From: Candidatus Bathyarchaeia archaeon
GTDB lineage: Archaea; Thermoproteota; Bathyarchaeia; Bathyarchaeales; Bathycorpusculaceae
Direction of reading: 5' to 3'
Assembly (NCBI GenBank): GCA_038883655.1
Contig: JAVZLQ010000002.1
Span: 1-64,000, forward strand
DNA: 64,000 nt
The translations under genes were made by a program, and so were the position numbers. A model generated the notes under the pieces. It did no database searches and was not told where the DNA came from. It saw only the letters and a list, made by a program, of their open reading frames with translations. Positions 31,581 to 42,004 of the stretch are shown piece by piece (position 1 is the stretch's first letter; every line of letters starts with the position of its first letter).

Positions 31581-33542
31581 CTACTCTTTCTGAAGTTCTG
31601 GAAGAATTTTTTCAAAGAAGTCAAGCGATTCTGGGTTAACCAAGGCATCCTTGTTCGTGACTGGTCTACCATTTATTATATTTGAAACGGCACTTTCAAC
31701 CTTCTTCATGTTAAAGGTGTACGGAATGTCTGGCACTTCGATGATTAGGGCTGGAACATGCCTAGGAGAGGCTTCCTCCCTCAAAGCCTTCTTGATTCTC
31801 TCCTTCAACTCGTCAGTTAACTTGAACTGCGGGGCAAGCTTAACAAAAATAATAATGCGTTGATCACCCTTCCAATCTTGCCCAGCAACCACACAGTCTG
31901 CAATCTCCTTAAACTTTTCAACAACGCTGTAGATTTCTGCTGGACCTATGCGTACACCAGAAGGCTTTAGTGTAAAATCTGAACGTCCAAGGAATGTTAT
32001 TCCGCCAGTGTCGCTGTGTATTATGATCCAATCTCCATGTCGCCATACATTGGGATAAACACTGAAGTACGCATCTCTATACTTCTTTCCATCTGGGTCA
32101 TTCCAGAAATAAAGTGGCATAGAGGGCGCAGGCGCCTCGCAGACAAGCTCCGCTTCCTTGTCAACAACAGCATTTCCCTTTTCATCATATCCCTTTATCT
32201 TCATCCCCAACGCTGGGCCTTGAAGTTCTCCAGCGTACACGGGTTGGATTGGCGTCCCAGCAGCAAAACAGCCGTTTATGTCCGTTCCACCAGAGATAGA
32301 GTTAAAGTGTAAATCTCCCTTAATCTCCTTGTAAACATATTCAAAACCTTCAGCCGACAATGGCGAACCAGTCTGGGATATTTCACGTAGGGACGATAAG
32401 TCGTAAACTTTTCCTGGTTTAGCGTCAACACTTCTTAGGTAGTTGATATAGCTTGCACTGCAGCCGAATATTGTTATTTTCTCTTCTTGAACTAGCTTCC
32501 ACATGGCGCCCCAGTCTGGATAGTTCGGGTTTCCATCATACAAAACAATGGTTGCTCCGACAGCTAACGAGCTGATGAGCCAATTCCACATCATCCAACT
32601 CGGAGAAGTTATATAAAAAATTCTATCCTCACGTTTCAAATCAGTGTGAAGAATCAACTCCTTAAGGTGGTTGACAAGTATTCCACCAACTCCTTGAACC
32701 ATGCATTTTGGTTTTCCAGTAGTTCCCGACGAAAACATTATGTATACTGGATGGTCCGCTGGCAACTGCTCAAACTCAACTTCGGTTTGGCTCTCTCCAG
32801 AAACAAAATCATAATAATTTACGGATTTCGGTATATCTCCAAGACTTGGCTCTTCATTAATATATGGGAAAACAACAACCATTTCAATGGAGGGCACTCC
32901 CTCTACGACTTTCTTCACATTAGCTAAAATGTCAAAGGTTTTTCCCTTATAGGGGTAACCATCAACAGTGAACAGAACACGAGGGCCTATCTGACTAAAG
33001 CGATCTACAACAGCGCTTGGGCCCAACTCTGTGCCACAAGAAGACCATATTGCTCCAATGTTTGTTGATGCGAGCATAGCGATTGGCGTTTCCATAATGT
33101 TTGGCATATAAGCGGCCACACGATCTCCCGGTTTAATTCCTACCCTTCGTAAGGCATTGGCCAAGCGCGCTACTGTGTGGTAAAGTTGCCTATACGTTAT
33201 TCTCGCGGTTTTTTGATGCTCGCTTCTAAATATGAGAGATAAGTGATCATCGCGGTGTCTCAGAAGGTTTTCTGCAAAGTTGAGTCTGGCGCCGACAAAC
33301 CATCTTGCCCCTGGAAACTTGTTTAGGTCGTCGACAACAGCGTCGTATTTGCGAGATGCCTTTATTTTGGCGAAGTCCCACATGCACTCCCAAAAGTCTG
33401 GAATATTCCTAATGGACCACTCATAAAGTTGATTGTATGAGTTAATTTTTAAGCCGTACCTTTCATTTACAAACTCGATGAAGCGCGTTATGTTGGCTTC
33501 TTCCACACGCTTCTGCGATGGCGTCCAAAGGGGTTTCCGCAT
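31581..33542 (-). CDS. Acetoacetate--CoA ligase
   Basis: LNFAENLL, FSSGTTGKPKC, WMMWNWL and SISGGTD motifs. Confidence 0.92.
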   Translation of the reverse strand: MRKPLWTPSQKRVEEANITRFIEFVNERYGLKINSYNQLYEWSIRNIPDFWECMWDFAKIKASRKYDAVVDDLNKFPGARWFVGARLNFAENLLRHRDDHLSLIFRSEHQKTARITYRQLYHTVARLANALRRVGIKPGDRVAAYMPNIMETPIAMLASTNIGAIWSSCGTELGPSAVVDRFSQIGPRVLFTVDGYPYKGKTFDILANVKKVVEGVPSIEMVVVFPYINEEPSLGDIPKSVNYYDFVSGESQTEVEFEQLPADHPVYIMFSSGTTGKPKCMVQGVGGILVNHLKELILHTDLKREDRIFYITSPSWMMWNWLISSLAVGATIVLYDGNPNYPDWGAMWKLVQEEKITIFGCSASYINYLRSVDAKPGKVYDLSSLREISQTGSPLSAEGFEYVYKEIKGDLHFNSISGGTDINGCFAAGTPIQPVYAGELQGPALGMKIKGYDEKGNAVVDKEAELVCEAPAPSMPLYFWNDPDGKKYRDAYFSVYPNVWRHGDWIIIHSDTGGITFLGRSDFTLKPSGVRIGPAEIYSVVEKFKEIADCVVAGQDWKGDQRIIIFVKLAPQFKLTDELKERIKKALREEASPRHVPALIIEVPDIPYTFNMKKVESAVSNIINGRPVTNKDALVNPESLDFFEKILPELQKE

Positions 33543-33599
33543 GTTCTCACCAATGCTATACTTTTCTAGGAATCTATTATAATTATTCTCGTGAGTTAT

Positions 33600-34922
33600 T
33601 TATTTAGAGTATACCTGAAATTTTGGTTTTTGTCCAGTAATTTGTTCAACTATTTTCCAGAATTCTTCCTCTGGCAAGCCCCTACGTAACTCCTTCATCA
33701 ACTTTTTTATTTGATAAAATGTCATTTGTGCCCCGCCCTTGTCCATGCTTTCTTGCATACCCCTAATCTTCCGCATTATCTCGTTAATCTGCATGGGTGT
33801 GGCTTTGATTCCAGCCATACTCAGATACTGTTCTATAACTTCCCTCGCAGTTTGCTTTCCCAAGTAAAATGTAGTCTGTCTTTCTATGATTTCCGGTGGG
33901 AAAGGTTCATAAATCATCGGGTGGGCTATCATTCCTTGGATGTGCTCTTCAGCCTCATAGGAAAAAACGTTCTCGCCGACTATGGGCTTGTGAAGTGGAA
34001 CTGGCAGGGCAAAAGCTTTTTCGGCTAGCTGCGCAAGTCTATAAAGCTTCTTTAAATCTAGACCAGTGTCTATATCGTAAAGTAGCTCAAGGGCAACTGC
34101 AACCTCTTCCATTGAGGCTACTCCAGCCCTCTCGCCGAAACCAGCAACACAAGTATGTAGATGGGCAATTCCTTCCTCTACGGCTGCAAGGGTGTTTGCC
34201 GTTGCTAATCCGAAGTCATTGTGGCAATGAACTGCAAGCGAAACGTCTTTTTTGGCTATTTTTGTAATTTCTTCACGTATGTGTGCTATTAAATAGCGCA
34301 TTGAGAGGGGTCTAAGAAAGCCAACGGTGTCAGCGATAACAAGTCTCTCCGCCCCAGCCTTTATAGCAGTTTCAAAGATTTGCAAAATCTCCTCAATTGA
34401 CGTTCTAGAAGCGTCTTCTAATACGAAGTTCACCGTTGCGCCATGTTTTTTAGCGTAGTCAATAACTTCAAACGTTTTTTCCAAAACTTGTTCTCTACTC
34501 ATTTTTAGCCTATACTGAAGATTAAGCCCATTAAAAGGTGTGACAACCAAGATTTCCTTTATGCCGCACTGTAAACAAGCATCTATGTCGCTTTTGCTTA
34601 TTCTCGCCGAAGCTGCTAAACGAGCTTGCTGGAAGCTTTCGTTTGCAATCTTGCGTACATCACTCTTTTCCTCCTCGGAAAGCGCTGGAAAACCCACGTC
34701 TATAACGTATACTCCCGTCTCGTCGAGCATTTTAGCCAACTTAACCTTCTCTACATATGTTAAATAGACGGTTGGCGTTTGGACGCCTTCTCTTAGCGTT
34801 TCATCCCAGATGTAGACCCTTTCTGGAAGTTTTGGAGGCAAATTTTTTCTATAACGGTTATAGTTTGCTATTAGCCCTTGGGCTTCGAGTTTTTTAAATA
34901 TTGTCTTTCTCATTAAGTTCAC
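33600..34922 (-). CDS. DRE-TIM homocitrate/isopropylmalate synthase-like protein (divergent)
   Basis: DETLREGVQ, IADTVG, HCHNDFG and GFGERAG motifs; no LeuA regulatory domain. Confidence 0.75.
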   Translation of the reverse strand: MNLMRKTIFKKLEAQGLIANYNRYRKNLPPKLPERVYIWDETLREGVQTPTVYLTYVEKVKLAKMLDETGVYVIDVGFPALSEEEKSDVRKIANESFQQARLAASARISKSDIDACLQCGIKEILVVTPFNGLNLQYRLKMSREQVLEKTFEVIDYAKKHGATVNFVLEDASRTSIEEILQIFETAIKAGAERLVIADTVGFLRPLSMRYLIAHIREEITKIAKKDVSLAVHCHNDFGLATANTLAAVEEGIAHLHTCVAGFGERAGVASMEEVAVALELLYDIDTGLDLKKLYRLAQLAEKAFALPVPLHKPIVGENVFSYEAEEHIQGMIAHPMIYEPFPPEIIERQTTFYLGKQTAREVIEQYLSMAGIKATPMQINEIMRKIRGMQESMDKGGAQMTFYQIKKLMKELRRGLPEEEFWKIVEQITGQKPKFQVYSK

Positions 34923-35104
34923 AGCCTAATAAACCTTACAAAGTACACTGTGTTATTCCATACTCACCAATATAAAAATTGACATTTCTACGTGCAAAGG
35001 AACCTTTCGAAACGCCTATCCTAAATATTGTTTTGTTCATAGAATTAGCGAAAGTTTAAAATTAATAATGGCAATAAGCCAATACAATTTACGGTGAACT
35101 ACGA

Positions 35105-36271
35105 ATGAATTTTGAACTAACCGCCGAACAAAAAATGATAGTTGAAACTGCAAAGGAAATAGCCCACGACTTTGGTCCAGAATATTGGCGTGAAAAAGAC
35201 AAAAAGCACGAGTTTCCAGAAGAGTTCTGGAAAAGTATTGTGGAGGCAGGTTTTACCGGCATAGTAATCCCAGAAAAGTATGGCGGCGGGGGCATGGGAA
35301 TGTTTGAGATGCTTCTGGCAATGGAAACGCTTGTTTCTGAGGGCTGCGGTTTAGGCGGAGAATGGTTCTTATGCTTATCTGCAATATTTGGCGGCCTATC
35401 AATTGTTAAGCATGGAAACGAAGTACAAAAGGAGAAGTACTTACCACAAATAGCAAGGGGAATGGAGTTCTGCTTGGCGCTGACAGAGGCGGATGCCGGA
35501 ACAAACACGCTCAACATCAAAACAACAGCAGTTCTAGAAGGCGATGAATACCGCGTTAACGGACAAAAAATGTTCATTTCGGGAGCTGACCGCGCAAGGG
35601 GAATGCTCCTAGTAACAAGAACAACGCCCATGGAGAAAGCTCCGAAAAGGACTTTGGGCTTGTCGCTTTTTCTGGTGGACCTGCCGAACCCAGCGGTTGA
35701 AGTTATCCCAATCGAAAAGCATGGAATAAACTATTCAAAAACATGCGAGGTTTACATAAGCGACTTGCGGCTACCAAAAGAAAATCTTTTAGGCGAGGTG
35801 GACAAGGGATGGTACCTTGTTTTGGACACACTTAATCCAGAACGCATGAGCTTCTCCGCAGCAGCATGCGGACTGGGACTATTAGCAATAAACAAGGCTG
35901 TAGAATACGCGAAAGAACGAAAAGTCTTCGACGCGCCCATCGGCTCGCACCAAGCAATACAGTTTCCACTCGCAGAGGCGAAAGCCAAAATCGAAGCTGC
36001 GCGCCTACTAAACTATAAGGCTGCTTGGCTTTACGACCAAGGAAAAGAATGCGCCGCAGAAGCAAACATGGCAAAAGTGGCGGCGGTAGACGCCGGTATA
36101 GCAGCAGTTTACCATGCAATGCAAACATTTGGAGGCTACGGCTACGCAGTTGAATATGACGTTGAACGTTGGTGGCGTGAAGTAAACCTAATACGACTTG
36201 CGCCAGTAACGCATCAGATGGCACTAGCCTTCATAGGACAACATGTACTTGGACTACCAAAATCCTATTAG
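35105..36271 (+). CDS. Acyl-CoA dehydrogenase
   Basis: ALTEADAGT, NGQKMFIS, ERKVF and QTFGGYGY motifs. Confidence 0.93.
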   Translation: MNFELTAEQKMIVETAKEIAHDFGPEYWREKDKKHEFPEEFWKSIVEAGFTGIVIPEKYGGGGMGMFEMLLAMETLVSEGCGLGGEWFLCLSAIFGGLSIVKHGNEVQKEKYLPQIARGMEFCLALTEADAGTNTLNIKTTAVLEGDEYRVNGQKMFISGADRARGMLLVTRTTPMEKAPKRTLGLSLFLVDLPNPAVEVIPIEKHGINYSKTCEVYISDLRLPKENLLGEVDKGWYLVLDTLNPERMSFSAAACGLGLLAINKAVEYAKERKVFDAPIGSHQAIQFPLAEAKAKIEAARLLNYKAAWLYDQGKECAAEANMAKVAAVDAGIAAVYHAMQTFGGYGYAVEYDVERWWREVNLIRLAPVTHQMALAFIGQHVLGLPKSY

Positions 36272-36332
36272 ACAGAACTTTAAGCTTTATGTCTATTCAA
36301 ACGTAAGACGCCTTAGAACAAGTGGAAAAAGC

Positions 36333-37223
36333 TTGAACTTTACAAAAAGTCACGGATTACTTGTTCTCGTAAGCTTCTGTTTTAGTTTTATCCTCATTTT
36401 CTCAACTCTGCTAAAAAATGTTGGAGTTTCGAGTCTTCAGCAAGTTCTTTTCCGTGTAACGTTAGCTCTCCCGCTTATATTTGTTCTTATTAAGGGGGAA
36501 ATCAAACTTGAGAAGAAAGATTTGCCATACTTTGCCCTAATAGGCTTTGTTTTTTCAGCTTTCCTTTTTTCAGCCTTGTCGTCAATAGTTTTTGGCTGTC
36601 CAATAGCCGTGTCAACGGCTCTAATTTATACGCAACCCTTCTTTACAGTGATACTAGCCGCTCTCTCCAAAAAAGAAAAGGTAACTCCGAGAAAGTTTGT
36701 CATAATCTTAATTGGGATGGTTGGCGCACTTTTGGCAAGTGGAATATTAACTGAGCATTACTTAACGATTAACATTACGGGAATTTTGTTTGCTTTGTTT
36801 GCAGGTTTTCTTTATGCCACATACTTGTTCCTTAAAAGGATGCGGAAGACAAGCTATACACCGCTTCAAGGATTATTCAACACCTTCATATTCGCAGCCA
36901 TTTGCTCTTTGATTCTCGGCTTGACACTGCGGCTTTTCATAACCGACACAAAATTGATAGGTTTTTTAATTCCAGATTCATATCAACTTCTCCTTCTAAT
37001 CCTATTCGCTTTTTTCAGCACAACACTCCCATATGGCTTGTTAAACTATGTTAAGACGGGCGAAGCATCGCCGACAACAGAAGGAACAATACTACTTTTA
37101 GACCCATTTCTACACAATGTTTGGGCAGTGCTCATTTTCCAACAGTACGTTTCCATGGTCCGCTACTTAGGAATTGGGTTGATACTCTTAAGCGCCGTAG
37201 CCATGCTTAGAATGAGACAATAA
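36333..37223 (+). CDS. EamA/DMT-family transporter
   Basis: ~10 TM segments, YTQPFFT..LA...KEK; start uncertain (ORF track 36243). Confidence 0.85.
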   Translation: MNFTKSHGLLVLVSFCFSFILIFSTLLKNVGVSSLQQVLFRVTLALPLIFVLIKGEIKLEKKDLPYFALIGFVFSAFLFSALSSIVFGCPIAVSTALIYTQPFFTVILAALSKKEKVTPRKFVIILIGMVGALLASGILTEHYLTINITGILFALFAGFLYATYLFLKRMRKTSYTPLQGLFNTFIFAAICSLILGLTLRLFITDTKLIGFLIPDSYQLLLLILFAFFSTTLPYGLLNYVKTGEASPTTEGTILLLDPFLHNVWAVLIFQQYVSMVRYLGIGLILLSAVAMLRMRQ

Positions 37224-37336
37224 CCACTATAAGAACGCAAGCTAGGCAACAAACGCCAAATCAACCTTAAAATTTTCTTTTTTAAATTGAAAACCTTTTT
37301 AATAAAAAGCCAGACAAGATAACCTCATGTTTAAAG

Positions 37337-38209
37337 GTGAAGAAAATGGAAGTTAAGAAAATAACTGTTTTAGGCGCTGGTTTGATGGGTCACGGCATAA
37401 CGCAGGTTGCCGCACAGGTTGGCAAGTACGAGGTGTACATGCGTGATGTTGAGCAGCGTTTCATCGACAATGGCATGAACATGATTAAGGCGAGTTTGCA
37501 AAAATTCTTGAGTAAGGGGCAGATAACCGAACAGCAGATGAACGAGATTCTAGCGAGGATATATCCCACATTAGACTTGAAAGAGGCAGTGCAAAACGCT
37601 GACTTAATTATAGAAGCTGTTCCAGAAAACGTTGAGTTAAAGAAGGCTACGTTTCGTGAAGTGGACGCATATGCGCCGCCACACGCAATAATCGCCTCGA
37701 ACACTTCAAGCATAAGCATAACAGAGCTTGCATCCGCAACAAAACGCCCGGAAAAAGTGTGCGGAATGCACTTCTTTAATCCACCTCAACTGATGAAGCT
37801 CGTCGAAGTCATACGCGGAGCAAAAACATCAGACGAAACAATACAAACAGTCTTGGAAGTCGCACACAAAATGGAGAAAGAAACAGTCCTGGTGAAGAAG
37901 GACTGTCCAGGCTTCATAGTGAACCGCATACTAATCCCAGCCCTGAATGAGGCTGTAGCCCTATACTGGGAGGGCGTAGCAGAAAGAGACGACATAGACA
38001 AAGCTATAAAGCTGGGCCTGAACTGGCCCATGGGACCGCTTATGCTTTTGGATTACATTGGCGCTGACACGACGCTGTTTATTGCGGAGGTTCTTGAACG
38101 CGAAATAGATGAGAAGTTTCATCCACATCCAGGGCTTAAGCAGATGGTTAGGGCGAACATGCTGGGGCGGAAGACTGGAAAGGGCTTCTATGACTGGACA
38201 CAAAAGTGA
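37337..38209 (+). CDS. hbd: 3-hydroxyacyl(butyryl)-CoA dehydrogenase
   Basis: GAGLMGHG, SNTSS, GMHFFNP, PGFIVNR and PMGP motifs. Confidence 0.93.
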   Translation: MKKMEVKKITVLGAGLMGHGITQVAAQVGKYEVYMRDVEQRFIDNGMNMIKASLQKFLSKGQITEQQMNEILARIYPTLDLKEAVQNADLIIEAVPENVELKKATFREVDAYAPPHAIIASNTSSISITELASATKRPEKVCGMHFFNPPQLMKLVEVIRGAKTSDETIQTVLEVAHKMEKETVLVKKDCPGFIVNRILIPALNEAVALYWEGVAERDDIDKAIKLGLNWPMGPLMLLDYIGADTTLFIAEVLEREIDEKFHPHPGLKQMVRANMLGRKTGKGFYDWTQK

Positions 38210-39009
38210 GGAGCGTGCTGAAACGCATGGAATACAAGTACATAATATATGAGAAAAGCGAGGGCATAGCCACAATTACACTTAACAGACCAGAAGCACT
38301 GAATGCATTCAGCAAGGAAGTCGTTGAAGAGGTGCTAAACGCATTAGAGGATGTAAAAGCGGATGAAAATGTCCGCGTTGTTGTACTGACAGGCGCGGGA
38401 GAAAAGGCGTTCTCAACAGGAGCGGACATAAAAGCCATGAAGGGAATGAACGCTCTGAAAGCTAGAGAACTATCCTTGATGGGAGAGAAGCTTTGCCTAG
38501 CATTGGAAAACCTCGAAAAACCAGTGATTGCAGCGATAAACGGTTACGCGTTAGGCGGAGGATTGGAAGTGGCTATGGCTTGCGACATACGAATCGCTTC
38601 AGAAAACGCCAGAATGGGGCAAACAGAAATAAACATTGGACTTATCCCAGGCTGGGGCGGAACCCAGAGGTTGACACGTCTGGTTGGAGCGACGAAAGCT
38701 AAGGAGCTTATATTTACTGGGAAGATGATTGATGCCAAGACAGCGGAGCAAATTAGCTTAGTAAATATGGTTGTTCCTCAAAGCAGTTTCCGAGAAGCTG
38801 TGCGCCAATTCGCTTTGGAACTAGCCCAAAAGGCGCCCGTGGCACTGAAAATTGCAAAAGCCTTAATAAACAAGGGAGCTGAGGCAAGCCTTAACGTGGC
38901 TTTAGCCATGGAACGCGAAGGCTTCGGTGTTGTAGCTTCAACAGAAGATTTGCAAGAGGGAGTATCAGCGTTCACGGAAAAAAGGAAACCAGTGTTTAAA
39001 GGAAGGTAA
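38206..39009 (+). CDS. crt: Enoyl-CoA hydratase (crotonase)
   Basis: LNRPEALNA, GADI, LGGGLE and PGWGGTQRL motifs. Confidence 0.92.
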   Translation: MRSVLKRMEYKYIIYEKSEGIATITLNRPEALNAFSKEVVEEVLNALEDVKADENVRVVVLTGAGEKAFSTGADIKAMKGMNALKARELSLMGEKLCLALENLEKPVIAAINGYALGGGLEVAMACDIRIASENARMGQTEINIGLIPGWGGTQRLTRLVGATKAKELIFTGKMIDAKTAEQISLVNMVVPQSSFREAVRQFALELAQKAPVALKIAKALINKGAEASLNVALAMEREGFGVVASTEDLQEGVSAFTEKRKPVFKGR

Positions 39010-39144
39010 GCATAACTCTCCAATTATTTATTTTGGCGCTAGTTAGATGCATCGTTATGCCAAGTTAGTTAACGGCATTTTTAACCAAAAGTTATATGTA
39101 AAAGCAAAGAGTTATGGAGACTCTGCTCCCTAGAGGAGAAGAGA

Positions 39145-41025
39145 TTGCCAAACCCACACTTATTATTGGAAGATAAGCCCGAGAAAAGAGTGCTTCTGCT
39201 GGGCAATGAAGCCATAGCCAGAGGCGCCCTAGAAGCGGGCATAAGCGTAGTTACAACTTATCCCGGCACGCCAGCATCCGAAATAGGTGATACTCTTTCT
39301 GAAATTGCTGGGGCTGCTGGAATTTACATGGAATACTCCACAAACGAGATTGTTGCGGTTGAGGTTGCTGCTGGAGCTGCAAACTGTGGTGTTCGCGCAT
39401 TAACAGCCATGAAGCATGTTGGACTTAACGTTGCTGCAGACGCTGTTATGACTTTAGCATATGTGGGTGTAAATGGAGGTTACGTTATAGTTACAGCTGA
39501 TGACCCAGAATGCTATAGTTCACAGAATGAGCAAGACAACAGATTTTACACGTTACTTTCAAACCTTCCATGCCTTGAACCGTCAAATCCACAAGAGGCA
39601 AAGGACATGACCGTTTCAGCCGTGGGAATAAGCGAAAAACTTGAGCTGCCCGTTCTTCTGAGGACAACAACAAGGGTGAGCCACACAAGGGGGCCGGTCA
39701 CTTATGGCAAAATTGCAAAGCCAAATTTGAAGGGCAAATTCTTCAGAGATGTAAAACGCATGGTTATGGTTCCGGCTAACGCGAGGTTCATGCACAAGAG
39801 ACTTTTGGAAAAGCTTGAGGTGGCGAAGAAAGCAAGCGAAAAATCGCCTTATAATGTCGTAACCCGTAAAGGAAAAGGTGGGTATGGGATAATCTCTTCA
39901 AGTGCGGCATACAATTATGCGGAAGAAGCGCGGGAACTTTTGGATTTGGATGCAAGCATGCTAAAGTTGGGCATGACTTATCCGCTGCCAGAAAAGACTA
40001 TTGGCGATTTCCTTAGGGCGCATGATAAAATTATAGTTGTTGAGGAGCTTGAGCCTTATTTGGAATTGCACGTGAAGGCTATAGCTAAGGACTATGCTCC
40101 AAACGTGAAAATTTACGGAAAGTTGGGCATGACGTACTTCCCAAGAGGAGGAGAGCTTTCCACACGTACGGTTTTGGCTGGCATGGCGAAAATAACTGGT
40201 AAGAAAACACCAGTAAACTTTGATAAGTTAGATGTGGCTTATGCGGAAATCAGCAAGGATTTACCATCAAGACCGCCGATTTTATGTGCAGGCTGCCCGC
40301 ACATGGCCTCCTTTTACGTTATTGGAAAGGCAACCGGCAAAAGGGCGATTTACCCAACAGACATTGGATGTTATGCTCTCGGAGCAGCACCGCCATTAAA
40401 CATAGGTGATGTGCTAATCTGCATGGGCGCGAGCATAGGCGTGGCTCAAGGAATAACCAAAGTCGTGGACAAAGATGTTGTGGCAGTTGTGGGCGACTCA
40501 ACATTCTTTCACGCGGCAATACCAGGACTAGTAAACGCCGTTTACAACAAGCACAAGGTTGTGCTAGTCATCTTGGACAACTTAACAACGGCTATGACTG
40601 GTCATCAGCCGCATCCTGGAACGGGCAAGACTGGAATGCAGACACAAGGCGAAAGAATCCTAGTTGAGCGTGTTGCAGAGGGATGTGGAGTAAAATACGT
40701 TAAAGTTGTTAATCCATTCAACGTTAAAGAGGCTGAAAATACGCTTAAAGAAGCACTTAAACGTGAAGGCGAACCATCAGTTATCGTTTTTAGAGCGCCG
40801 TGCGCTCTGATGACTATTAGGGAGAGGCGACGCAGAGGTGAGAAAGTAGCTGCTTATAGGATTACTGACAAATGTACCAATTGCATGGCGTGCATAAAAC
40901 TTCTAGGCTGTCCAGCATTAACAATAGTTGATGAACGGGTAAACATAGACGAAGCGTTATGCGTGGCGTGTGGACTTTGCGCTGCAGTATGCCCATACGG
41001 TGCAATAGAAAAGGACAAAAGCTAA
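39145..41025 (+). CDS. iorA: Indolepyruvate:ferredoxin oxidoreductase alpha subunit
   Basis: GNEAIARG, YPGTPASE, MKHVGLNVA, SSQNEQD, CAGCPH, GDSTFFH and two C-terminal 4Fe-4S motifs. Confidence 0.96.
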   Translation: MPNPHLLLEDKPEKRVLLLGNEAIARGALEAGISVVTTYPGTPASEIGDTLSEIAGAAGIYMEYSTNEIVAVEVAAGAANCGVRALTAMKHVGLNVAADAVMTLAYVGVNGGYVIVTADDPECYSSQNEQDNRFYTLLSNLPCLEPSNPQEAKDMTVSAVGISEKLELPVLLRTTTRVSHTRGPVTYGKIAKPNLKGKFFRDVKRMVMVPANARFMHKRLLEKLEVAKKASEKSPYNVVTRKGKGGYGIISSSAAYNYAEEARELLDLDASMLKLGMTYPLPEKTIGDFLRAHDKIIVVEELEPYLELHVKAIAKDYAPNVKIYGKLGMTYFPRGGELSTRTVLAGMAKITGKKTPVNFDKLDVAYAEISKDLPSRPPILCAGCPHMASFYVIGKATGKRAIYPTDIGCYALGAAPPLNIGDVLICMGASIGVAQGITKVVDKDVVAVVGDSTFFHAAIPGLVNAVYNKHKVVLVILDNLTTAMTGHQPHPGTGKTGMQTQGERILVERVAEGCGVKYVKVVNPFNVKEAENTLKEALKREGEPSVIVFRAPCALMTIRERRRRGEKVAAYRITDKCTNCMACIKLLGCPALTIVDERVNIDEALCVACGLCAAVCPYGAIEKDKS

Positions 41026-41043
41026 AATGGTGAGGAGCAAACT

Positions 41044-41652
41044 ATGGTTGACGAGTTCAACATTATTTTGGCCGGGGTTGGCGGGCAGGGAATTCTATTA
41101 GCAGCTGAAATTCTTGGCACAGCGGCTGTTAAGGATGGCTTGAATGTGCGTGTAAGCGAAATCCACGGGATGGCTCAACGTGGCGGATCTGTTGTTTCAA
41201 ATGTGCGTATAGGCGCGAAGGTTTTGGCGCCGACAGTCTTGGATGGAAATGCGGACGTTATCCTCGGCTTTGAACCAATAGAGGCGCTTAGAAATGTGAA
41301 GTTTGCTTCTGAAAAAACAATCGTGATAATGAACAGCGAACGGATAATGCCAACAGAGCTTACGGTAAAAAAGGCGAAATATCCAAGCCTAGAAGAAATA
41401 ATGCGAAAGATAAACATTTTTACAAAAAATGTAATTGTCGTTGAAGCAGCTAGACTTGCCAGAAAAGCGGGAAGCATAATGGTGCAAAACACGGTTTTAC
41501 TCGGGGCTTTAGCCGCCGTGGGGAAAATTCCAATAAAAACCGAGACCTTAATCGATGCTTTGCGGGAACTTGTTCCGCAAAAAGAGTTGGAAGTGAACAT
41601 TAAGGCGTTTAAACTTGGCTATGAGAAGGCAAGGGAAATCGCCAAAACTTAA
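41044..41652 (+). CDS. iorB: Indolepyruvate:ferredoxin oxidoreductase beta subunit
   Basis: GVGGQG and EIHGMAQRGGSV motifs. Confidence 0.95.
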   Translation: MVDEFNIILAGVGGQGILLAAEILGTAAVKDGLNVRVSEIHGMAQRGGSVVSNVRIGAKVLAPTVLDGNADVILGFEPIEALRNVKFASEKTIVIMNSERIMPTELTVKKAKYPSLEEIMRKINIFTKNVIVVEAARLARKAGSIMVQNTVLLGALAAVGKIPIKTETLIDALRELVPQKELEVNIKAFKLGYEKAREIAKT

Positions 41653-41656
41653 ACTT

Positions 41657-41998
41657 CTATGGGGTTTCACTTTTCTTGTTCAAAATAGCCTTCAAAATGT
41701 TTTGGAATATTCGCATGTCCGAAGCGTTAACTATTGGGATTTGTAGGCTCTTGTCAACCTCATATAGCTTCTCGTATTTCGGGAATTCTGCATAGCAGAT
41801 TTGGCTTATTGGAAACTCTTTGCTTTTCAACTCGTGCTCAAAAGACTTTTCATAAACTTCTAGGCAAAGCAAGTAGCCGCTAACCCAGTAAAGCCTGTTC
41901 ACGCCGTAAGTTGTGGCGCACCATGCTATGTCGCCTATTGAACGCTTGTCCAAACCCAAAATTGTAACTTTCCTTGTTGGCGCAATTTCCACGTCCAT
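41657..41998 (-). CDS. Hypothetical protein
   Basis: 113 aa ORF directly downstream of xpf on the same strand. Confidence 0.7.
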   Translation of the reverse strand: MDVEIAPTRKVTILGLDKRSIGDIAWCATTYGVNRLYWVSGYLLCLEVYEKSFEHELKSKEFPISQICYAEFPKYEKLYEVDKSLQIPIVNASDMRIFQNILKAILNKKSETP

Positions 41999-42004
41999 TT
42001 CTTT

